A DNA stretch of 64,000 bases. Source: Flectonema sp. DT1601 (taxonomy: Eukaryota). The notes under the pieces were generated by a model, which worked only from the letters and a program-made list of their open reading frames with translations, was not told the DNA's origin and did no database searches. Position 1 is the first letter of the stretch. Each line of letters begins with the position of its first letter. A program made the position numbers and the translations under genes. The DNA lies in contig OZ025783.1 of NCBI GenBank assembly GCA_964019425.1, positions 1 to 64,000 of the forward strand, written 5' to 3'. Positions 12,895 to 21,575 of this stretch are shown in pieces.

Positions 12895-13220
12895 TCAAGT
12901 TGGACTTTGTACGGGACAGGCAGGCTTTGTACGGGAGAGGTTGGCTTTTATTAGTGGCTCCCCTTGGGGGGGGTTGGAGGGGGGGCTTGCGTTCCGCCAA
13001 GAACTTGGCGGAACGCAAGTTAGACTTTGTACGGGACAGGCAGACTTTGTACGGGGGAGGTTGGCTTTTATTAGTGGCTCCCCCCCCTTGGGGGGGGTTG
13101 GGGGGGGGGCTTGCACTCTTCCCAGCTTAATCATCCATTAGTAGCAAATTTGTTTTTCATACGGGAGAGGTTGGCTTTTATTAGTGGCTCCCCCCCCCTT
13201 GGGGGGGTTGGGGGGGGGTT
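12895..13220 (+). repeat. Internal ~120-bp direct repeats of the Helitron-like element with C(n)-TT-G(n)-TT-G(n) tracts
   Basis: GGTTGGCTTTTATTAGTGGCTC-C(n)TTG(n)TTG(n) occurs at ~12940, ~13060 and ~13170, and again at ~20118 and ~21889. Confidence 0.85.
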
Positions 13221-13810
13221 AACTGTTCGAGTTTGTACGTAAAATACAAATGTTTTGTATCATAGACGATAATTTAACATTAGTTCTGAGATACAGTGAC
13301 TAAAGGTAATGTTAGTGCAGGTATACACTCTGCGATTGACGTAAATACTTTACATTATAATAAATGTTTCTAACTTAGCTGCATACACATCTCTTTTTCC
13401 GTGTTGTCATTCAGTGCAGTACGGAATCGAGTTATTCAATTTTGAATTAATCGTGAGCCCTGGGAAACCAAAACCAGGGTATAATGTAATACGGCAGAGG
13501 GGGGGGGGGGCTTGCGTTCCGCCAAATTCCCCATCCCGTAGTTCTTCTCACATTTCTATTTTATTGAAAATAATGTAATGAACGATAACCTCAGTTCAAT
13601 TCTTAATTTTGTCTTAATTAGTTTAACAATACAAAATGGATGAAGATGGTCATTCCCTTATTAATATAACCAAATTCCTATATTTCCATCCCAGGGTCGC
13701 ACACATTGCAGATACAAGTTCGATAAACCTGTTGTGAATGGTTTATAAAATGCTCAGAATGAAGAAAAATAAAGTGGAAAGACAGGGGGGATGTGACTAA
13801 ATAAATAAAA

Positions 13811-15694
13811 AATGGAATCGACAAAGTGGATCAATGGTGTTTTGAAAACGACATGGCCTTATCAGTCTCCAAAACCTGTGCGCTTAAGATGAATGTTCGC
13901 TCGAAGGGCATAGTACTAAACGATACGTGTAATCGCGAACTGCTTTTCTCTAGATCTGTTGAGGAACGCATGCTTAAACTTGACTATGGTGACATCGAGA
14001 AGCATATCAATCTCAAATCACCCAGACCCATGCTTCAAAGTGGCGAAACTATTCTTGAAATTGGAGGAATCCCAATCAAGACACAAGAAGAACTCGACAA
14101 CTTGATGCTGCAATACGTCGTTCGTGAGGACAGCATTATGGTTGTGAGAACAATATTCAAAACTGCCTTTCTGTTACCGATAGTCGACTCAGTAAAATAC
14201 CTCGGGGTTCACATCGACGACAGGCTCACCTTCCACAAACAAGTAGGCAAGATTCACGAAGAATTAAAGAGGGGGATATCACTTCTGCAGTGCCTCCAGC
14301 CGTACGAACTGGACTACAAGACTCTTAACATGGTTAAGAACCTTTATGTAACCGCGAGAATCTCGTATGCGCTTGACAGTTTTGGTTGGCTGATAAGCAG
14401 CAGCGTTGACAGCATCGACTTCGAACTGAGGAAGGTCGCCAGACTGGTTACTGGATGCAGCAAGTGTACGCCAAGAGAGTTACTGTTGTGGGAGTCTGAC
14501 ATGTATCCTTTTAAACGTCAGATTGAAAAGCAGACAAAAATTGCGTACTACCGGTATAAAGCCATGACTTGGATACCTAATACAAACAGACTCGCCTCAA
14601 CACAAAGCTACTGGGCTGGCCTAATCCCTGGCACTGATAGTCAGCGTGAAAGCCAGTGCCTTGTGCAGCCTGACTCGATGGAACCCTGGGTATCTCCGAC
14701 GAACCTTAGGATTAGCAACAGCTGCGGATTTCCGAAGTCCGCGAACCCTGCGGTGGACAAAGAAAAGTTCATGTCGTACATTGGAACGTTGCCTCCTGTC
14801 GACATGGTAATCAACTGCGATGGCTCCTACTCTGCTTCCGGCGCGGCCGGTGCGGCTCATATTGCCAAGTCACGTAGCGGCCTTCGATCTGCTTACGCGT
14901 CTAGGCTTTATCAAGCTGACTGCAGCTACAGGGCTGAACAACATGCTCTGAAGAACGCGGCTAGACATCTGAGAACAGTGTTTAGCAAAGATCGTTCAAT
15001 GAAATCTGTGAGGATATTCACGGACTCAAAATCCCTTCTGGATGAACTGCTGGGTGGAAGGTGCAGACAGAGGAATACCGAGTCCCTCAAGATACTGGAA
15101 TACCTGCGCATGTGCGAGATGAAAGTGCATTTGCAATTCATCCCCTCGCACATTGGAATCGAGTTTCACGATGAAGTTGACGCGCTTGCAAAGGAAGCAG
15201 CGCACAACAAGAACATCCGACCTGTGCTAGTCAAAGGCACGTACTTCTCGCGATCATCACATGTGAAGCGCTGCATCAAAAAGGATCTGCTTAACGTGAG
15301 TGGTTACACCTGCTACAAACACCTCATCAGAGGCCGTTCCGTTAAATACCCTCCTGGGATGGAAAGAGCCGACGAGATAAGGATAGCGAACTTCCGGACA
15401 GGATGTCACCCGCTAATTCAGAACTGGCGCAAGACGATCGACTGCCCATTTTGTGGCGAACCGTCCTCACAGGTTCACCTGCTGCAGGGATGTCAATCTC
15501 CCAAACTCGACTCTGCCAGGTTCAAAATCCTGGGCTTCTCAACACTGACCGGCAAGTGGGATCGCGATCGAGAACTTATTATTGCCAACGAAATTCCTAA
15601 CCTTGAAGCTCTCTTCACTTTGGCGTGGCTTCCATCACTCGCGTTGATCATAAGGTGGATGGAACAAACATCTAACCTTAGACTTTGGAAGTAA
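13811..15694 (+). mobile_element. 5'-truncated non-LTR retrotransposon (I group / ingi-like): C-terminal RT, RNase H and CCHC zinc knuckle
   Basis: ORF 13826..15694 (open from ~13805) contains late RT motifs (VDQWCFENDMALSVSKT; VKYLGVHIDDRLTF), RNase H motifs (NCDGS, SYRAEQHAL, IFTDSKS, FIPSHIGIEFHDEVDALAK) and CPFCGEPSSQVHLLQGC. Endonuclease and RT core (YADD) are missing. Absent from element copies 2 and 3. Confidence 0.88.
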
Positions 15695-16205
15695 AGTAGG
15701 TGACATGTAGTCGCCAATATCAATTTGTTATTATTTTAGTATTTTCATCATTATCAATCATCTCCTGGTTGGGTAACTGCACATCACCTTCGGTGTTGTC
15801 GCAGTGTCTCATCCAACACTCCTGTCTCCTTCTTCTCCTATTCTCCTTATAAATTTCTCTTGAGGGCAGGCCTTCGGGCTGTTCAAGTGGTCTTTGACCA
15901 CCGCTCTAGTTATATGCTCGACTCTTTGTTTTCCTTATCGATGGTAGGAATGGTAACCGAATTAGCTTCGTGTGTCCAATTTCAAGGACGCGTGACCATT
16001 TATTTTTTCCGTTGCCGCTCTTCTTACGTCCTCAGGCGGAGCCTACCTATGTTTCCCGTGTTTTCCAATTTGTCAGACTTAAGTCAAAAAGAAAGTATTA
16101 AAGAAAGACAAAACAAAGAAGTGAAAAGAACAAAAACAAAGAGTCTGGAAGCACAAACGAGTGTAACCAAAAAAAGAAAAAAAAAAAAAAATGGAAAATC
16201 CCAGG

Positions 16206-16296
16206 GCCTGCATAGCCGAGTGGATATGGTCACCGACCTTAAGTCTATTCGGTAGCCGTGGCACGGGTTCAATTCCCTGTTACGGCATATTTTTTG
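16206..16296 (+). pseudogene. tRNA-Leu-like degenerate module / Pol III promoter inside the element
   Basis: A-box TAGCCGAGTGG, CTTAAG anticodon-like loop, long variable region, B-box GGTTCAATTCC and a T-run terminator. The acceptor stem pairs poorly, so it is not a functional tRNA. Confidence 0.6.
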
Positions 16297-16558
16297 TGTT
16301 TTTCAACCAGGAAAATTAGTAAGAAGAAAACAGCAAGGAAAAGAGTACAAATTTTGTTAGTAAGTGGTATGGTTTTGAAATTGTGGGTGTATGGTTGCCA
16401 ATTTGGTAAAAAAAAAATTCTTCAGAAAAAAATTTTCCTTTATAATATTTTCTGAAAAATTTTATTTTTTCAATTTTTTTTGCTATAGGTTTTTGCTACA
16501 GATCTCCTAAAAAAGATGGGAAGAAAAGTAATAAATGAATAATAAAAAGATTGCGATG

Positions 16559-16627
16559 AGGATACAAAATTGGACTTAACTTAACGCGAGCGAAGCGAGC
16601 GTAAAGTTAAGTCCAATTTTGTATCCT
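16559..16627. other. 69-nt hairpin: 24-bp perfect stem, tandem G.A mismatches and a GCGAAGC cap
   Basis: AGGATACAAAATTGGACTTAACTT (16559-16582) is the exact reverse complement of 16604-16627. The inner part is ACGC-GA-GC-GAA-GC-GA-GCGT. Homologues lie at 21263-21331 and 23029-23097. Confidence 0.93.
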
Positions 16628-16758
16628 GGACGGGTACCTAGCTAGACACAGGGAATAAAAACAGACGTGACTTGGTTGTAAAAATAAGGTTTGTTCAGAA
16701 AGATTTAAAAAAAAAAAATTGTGTGCGAGCAACGCGAGCCTGGAAGGGGTATCTCTAG

Positions 16759-16984
16759 TGCGGGTTTGCGGGTTTGCGGGTTTGCGGGTTTGCGGGTTTG
16801 CGGGTTTGCGGGTTTGCGGGTTTGCGGGTTTGCGGGTTTGCGGGTTTGCGGGTTTGCGGGTTTGCGGGTTTGCGGGTTTGCGGGTTTGCGGGTTTGCGGG
16901 TTTGCGGGTTTGCGGGTTTGCGGGTTTGCGGGTTTGCAAGTTTGCGGGTTTGCGGGTTTGCGGGTTTGCGGGTTTGCGGGTTGC
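16759..16984 (+). repeat. Interstitial (TTTGCGGG)n array, ~28 units
   Basis: Read directly. One variant unit (TTTGCAAG) near 16938. Confidence 0.95.
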
Positions 16985-18047
16985 ATCTGTTGCTGCTGCT
17001 GTTGTTGCTGTTGGTGCAGTTGCGCCTTCAAATCTGCTAACTCCTTCGCCTGCTGATGGCCCTGGGCTAACATCATCTCACGGAACTCCGCCGACCCCGA
17101 CCGCTCCTGGCTTCGCTGTTGCTGTTGCTGTTGCTGGGCCTGTTGTTTTGATACCGTCTGCCGGAGTCTCGCAAGCTCTTCGATACTCTTCTCGGTGATG
17201 CCTTGTTGCTCCGCCAGCTGTGCGCGGAGTTGGGTGACTTGTTCGTCGCTTCTCTGCTGTTGCCCTTTTTGCATTCGGGACAATTCATCCTGCTGTCCCA
17301 GCAAGATGCTCTGGTGGTGTTGTTGTTCCTGCTGCTGCTTCTCCTGCTGCTCCAACCGTCCAACCTGCGATCGCACCACCGCCTCCACCGATCCCTGACG
17401 CTGAGCCACTTGCTGCAACGCCTGTCCCGTCTCCGCCTTCACTCCGGCCAAACGCCGATCCGCTCCCAGCGCGTACTCCTGGGTGGCTTGATAAAGCCCA
17501 CCCAATCCTTCCTCCGAGGTCTGGTGCCTCGCTGCCAACCCGCGGAGCACTTCGTCCGCCTCCACCGTAGTGACGTAGTCACTCATCGCCACGTCCATCG
17601 CCCCGTCGACGTCGTAAAACGTTTCCCGCAAACCCGCAAAGTTTCGCCCGACGGAGGCGAAAGCAGCCGGACTTTGTTCGCGGATGTCGGGCCGTCCAAG
17701 TCCGACATCCCCACCAAAAACGTACTAAACTGCGTTGGCCTTTCTTCAGCCAACACAGTCAGCAAGACAAAGACACCCCGTGCCGATGCCCTGCCGATCA
17801 CTGCCCTCTCGGTCTTCAAAAAACGAGCCAGCAGCTCGTCCGCAAACCACCTCTCACCACTCATGTCGTCCGCCTTTTCCGACGGCATCCACCAGAACCT
17901 CCCTTCTGCCTCCGACATACCTATCGCTTTTAGTGCGGCTTCCTTCCGCGCTCTCAAATCTACGTGGCCTTTTCTTGGGTGTGCCAACCCGGTGCCTTGC
18001 ACCCACAACGACAGAAGACTCGTCGGCATCGAGAATTCATATGACAT
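16985..18047 (-). pseudogene. GC-rich, Gln-rich coiled-coil ORF (possibly ORF1/gag-like of a mobile element), frameshifted and 3'-truncated by the repeat array
   Basis: ORF 17583..18203 (ATG at 18047, MSYEFSMP) and ORF 16705..17631 fuse into one frame (...SGETLRETFYDVDG...) if one copy of the duplicated 8-mer at 17625-17640 is removed. The frame runs into the array at ...QQQMQ. It is clearly more GC-rich than the host genes. Family not recognised. Confidence 0.6.
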
Positions 18048-18426
18048 TATTTCAAACTTAAATGTACAAGTATGAAAAAACCCTGTGATAAAGCGTAATG
18101 AATGACAAAATGGAAAAGTTAAACGATGAATAATTTTCTGATATATTGAGGGACACGTTCCCAAGGATAACTTGTAATAATGCAAGCTTGTTTTACAACA
18201 CACGGAATTTGCACATCTGAAACAATTGTTAAATGTAAAATGCCTTATCTAGAGACAGTGTCTGCAGCCAGGTCGGCGCAACACTTTTTGCCCATGATCG
18301 GACTCGTCTAAATTGAGGAAAAATGATCGAAGATGAGAACTCAAACTTCGTTGCACACTAGAGCAGAAAAGACAAAGGATGATATTACGTAATTTAAAAC
18401 TGCCATTTGCAAGGTTCCCAAGGAAA

Positions 18427-18502
18427 GGTTTGCGGGTTTGCGGGTTTGCGGGTTTGCGGGTTTGCGGGTTTGCGGGTTTGCGGGTTTGCGGGTTTGCGGG
18501 TT
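18427..18502 (+). repeat. Interstitial (TTTGCGGG)n array, ~9 units
   Basis: Read directly. Ends GCGGGTT immediately before element copy 2. Confidence 0.95.
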
Positions 18503-19574
18503 TCTCCTATATAATTGTCAGCATTGGGGATATTTTGGGTTCTGAGGAAATCCACCAAGTCCTGGGCCAGGTACCCAGGTACCCAGGCCAGGCCTCACCT
18601 AATTACACACTAATTCTTCTTTGCATTCCCGCAAGAAGGTCTGGTTCTAAGTGCAACATAAGTGTTGACTGGTGCCACGCATTACGGAAAGAAAAGTAGC
18701 GTTGCATATTGACCTGTAGCAAGTCGGCGCTACCAAATGACAGTCTGATGATCCACGGCGGGCGTTTGCAGAAAGAAATTTGCCTTTGTCACGGAATTTT
18801 TTTTTTTTTTTTTACCACTTTTTGCGCCACTCACCTCCAAAAAAACATGAGTAAATCTTTTTTTATGGTTATCTCTCGATCTATCGGCCCCGAAAAGTCT
18901 TCACAAATTTCTGTGTGGAGAAAAAAGTTTTGCAGTTGTTTGCCAGTCAAAACTTACGCAGCACTGTAAGCTGGCCAGGCCTAGCTACTTCCGTACTGGG
19001 AATGAGGCTTCTGTTTCTTCCTGCTAGCAGGCCTGGTGCTAAGTGCTACGTAATAGTGCCACGCATTGCAGGAATAATATTAGGTCGCCCAGAAGTGCTA
19101 TGTAAGCGCCAGGCCTAGCTACTTCCGTACTGAGAATGAGGCTTCTGTTTCTTCCCGCAAGCAGGCCTGGTGCTGGTGCTAAGTGCTACGTAAGTGTTGA
19201 ATGGTGTCACGCATTACGGGAAGAAAGGTAGAGTGTTGCATGTTAACCTGTTGCAGGTTGGCACTACCAAATGACCTGATGACCCACGGGGGGGCGTTTG
19301 CGGAAAGAGAATTGCTGCTTTTGCATGGGATTTTGTTTTTTTTTTTTTTTACTGCTTTTTGTGCCACTCACTTCCAGAAATCATGGTTACACCTTTTTTA
19401 TGGTTATCCCTTGGCCTATCGATCTCGAAAAGGCTTCACAAATCCCTGAGGAGAATAGGTTTTAGAGTTTTGGTGCCAAGCTGTCTTTTTGTTATGGTTT
19501 AGACAATTTGGGTTTTAATAAATAATTCCTTTCATTTTTGCCACCTTTCTGCAACCAATGCTTATGTAGCACCC

Positions 19575-19828
19575 CTGAGCAAATTTTGGCTGCTAATTTT
19601 CTTCTTGCAAGCAAATTTTAGCTGCTGATTCTCTTCCCGCAAGCAAATTTTAGCTGCTTATTTCTTTCTTGCAGGCAAATTTTAGCTGCTGATTCTCTTC
19701 CCGCAAGCAAATCTTAGCTGCTAATTTTCTTCCCGCAAGCAAATTTTAGCTGCTTATTTTCTTCCCGCAAGCAAATTTTAGCTGCTTACTTTTTTCCTGC
19801 AAACAAATTTAAGCTGCCAATTTTCTTC
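19575..19828 (+). repeat. 32-bp minisatellite, ~8 units (GCAAGCAAATTTTAGCTGCTnATTyTCTTCCC)
   Basis: Unit starts at 19607, 19639, 19671, 19703, 19735, 19767 and 19799. Copy 1 has only a single unit (~12420-12448). Confidence 0.92.
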
Positions 19829-20885
19829 AGTAGGAAGTAAGTAAGATTTATTTTTGCCTAAGGAAAAATGCTGGATTTTTGTGCCCGAGCAGGTCTAAAA
19901 AAGATGGGTAACTTTTTCCTTCTTAATGAGTTTTGGGTTTTAGGTGCCAAGCTGTGAAAAAGCAATCTTTGATTTCATTTCTTTTTGGGTAAAGGGTCTT
20001 TCCTACACAAATAGTTTCAGAACTAACCATTCTTTACAAAACCCAAAATGGCTGTAAACCGTCCAAGTTCGACCTTGGGTGAGGGCATTTTTGTTTTTTC
20101 TTGATTCTTTTTCAGGAGGTTGGCCTTTATTAGTGGCTCCCCCCCCTTGGGGGGGGTTGGGGGGGGGCTGCGTTCCGCCATCCCATAGTCTTCCCACATT
20201 TCTATTTTATTGGAAATAATGAATGATAACCTTATTAATATAACTAAATTCCTATATTCCCAGGGTCGCACACATGCAGATACAGGTTCGATAAACCTGT
20301 TGTAAAATACTTCCAAATGTAACAAACAGATAACCTAAGCCACATATCCAATCATCATAAACCTAGCCGTCGTTTTCGTGCTAGCATATTAATATAACAA
20401 CAACTACAGATATCTTTCAGAAAAACAAAAACAAAGGACTTGATAAAACAGGGTGCAGTGTGCATTTTCAGCTAAGGGAGGACATTTTTCATTTGTCGTC
20501 CCGTTGGGACAGAAAAGTAATAAATAAATAAGAAATTGCGAAAAAAAAAAGAAATTGCTTATATATAACGTTTATTTATTTATTTTTATTTTATTTCTTT
20601 TTTTCATGTTTGATTATTTCCTCTTCATATTATTTTTTTTTTTTTTTTCTGCCTCTCCCTTAATCCTGTTCGTTTCTTTGAAACGAAAATTCATTTGAAT
20701 ATTATTCCTTCGTCAGCATCTTTCATTGTCGCCCTTTGGGCCTGTTAAAAAAAAAAAAAAAAAAAAAAAAAAGAAAGTTTACATCGGGAATAGGGCAGGA
20801 GCCAAAAGCTCCCAGTCCGTTACTTCCCACCTTTTCGAAAACTAATTTATAAATAAAAATTGCAGAAAAGTAATAATAATAAAAA

Positions 20886-20965
20886 GTTGCGATATCCCAG
20901 GGGTAGTGGTATAACCTTCGCCCTGGGGCTGGGTGATCGCTGGTTCGACCCCCTGCCACTGCAAT
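20886..20965 (+). pseudogene. tRNA(Pro-like)-derived degenerate module inside element copy 2 (homologue ~22653-22731)
   Basis: A-box-like TAGTGGTA, CTCGCCCTGGGG anticodon-arm-like segment (copy 3 reading) and B-box GGTTCGACCCC. Stems are degenerate. Confidence 0.45.
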
Positions 20966-21141
20966 AACCCATCGCGCCCGTACACGCAATTAGTTCAAAT
21001 CCCGCGCCCGAAGGGCGTCCAGGGTAGGCACCTGGTAGACTCTCCTACATTAAGACTGGAGGGAAGGGAAAATGGAAGGATTTCCATAAAGAGGCTAAGA
21101 ACACACAAATAAATAAATAAAAAAAAAAAAGAAAATCCCAG

Positions 21142-21216
21142 GGCTGCACAGCCGAGTGGATACCTTAAATCTCTTCGGTAGCCGTGGCAAGGGTTCAATT
21201 CCCAGGCACATTTTTT
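21142..21216 (+). pseudogene. tRNA-Leu-like module with internal deletion (homologue ~22907-22982)
   Basis: CAGCCGAGTGG ... GGTTCAATTCCC ... TTTTTT, homologous to 16206-16296 but shorter in the D/anticodon region. Confidence 0.55.
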
Positions 21217-21455
21217 GTGTTTTTCAACCAGAAAAATTAGTAAGAAGAAAGTAGCAAGGAAAAGGGTACAAAATTGGACTTAACTTAACGCGAGCGAAGC
21301 GAGCGTAAAGTTAAGTTCAAATTTGTACCCTGGACGGGTACCTAGCCAGGGAATAAAAACAGACGTGACTTGGTTGTAAAAATAATGTTTGTTCAGAAAG
21401 CTTAAAAAAAAAAAGTTGTGTGCGAGCAACGCGAGCCTGGAAGGGGTATCTCTAG

Positions 21456-21575
21456 TGCAGGTTTGCGGGTTTGCGGGTTTGCGGGTTTGCGGGTTTGCGG
21501 GTTTGCGGGTTTGCGGGTTTGCGGGTTTGCGGGTTTGCGGGTTTGCGGGTTTGCGGGTTTGCGGGTTTGCGGGTT
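21456..21575 (+). repeat. Interstitial (TTTGCGGG)n array, ~15 units
   Basis: Read directly. Confidence 0.95.

Larger units (their letters stand above)
11877..16758 (+). mobile_element. Non-autonomous Helitron-like element, copy 1 (~4.9 kb, contains captured or inserted RT fragment)
   Basis: Starts 5'-TCTCCTATATAAT and ends GCGAGC-AAC-GCGAGC-CTGGAAGGGGTATCT-CTAG. This matches Helitron architecture: 5' TC, a GCAACGC-centred subterminal hairpin and 3' CTRR. The flanks rejoin as intact repeat (GCGGGTT|TGCGGG) with no TSD. The same termini recur in other copies. No RepHel ORF is present. Confidence 0.8.
18503..21455 (+). mobile_element. Non-autonomous Helitron-like element, copy 2 (~2.95 kb)
   Basis: Same 5' end (TCTCCTATATAATTGTCAGCA) and same 3' end (GCGAGCAACGCGAGCCTGGAAGGGGTATCTCTAG) as copy 1. 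Inserted at GCGGGTT|TGCAGGTTT. Contains an internal duplication of the 5' region (~18970-19450). Confidence 0.8.

Noticed and set aside
13826..15694. Telomerase or Penelope/Athena-type RT maintaining the array
   Set aside because: It has RNase H and a CCHC knuckle typical of I/ingi non-LTR elements, lacks the catalytic RT core, and does not abut the repeat.
16206..16287. Functional tRNA-Leu gene
   Set aside because: The acceptor and anticodon stems do not pair properly, and homologous copies carry deletions.
17203..18075. 290-aa plus-strand ORF
   Set aside because: It is the antisense shadow of the GC-rich minus-strand Q-rich ORF.
11877..21455. LTR or TIR transposon interpretation of the repeated element
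   Set aside because: There are no terminal direct or inverted repeats and no TSD. The asymmetric TC...CTAG ends fit a Helitron.
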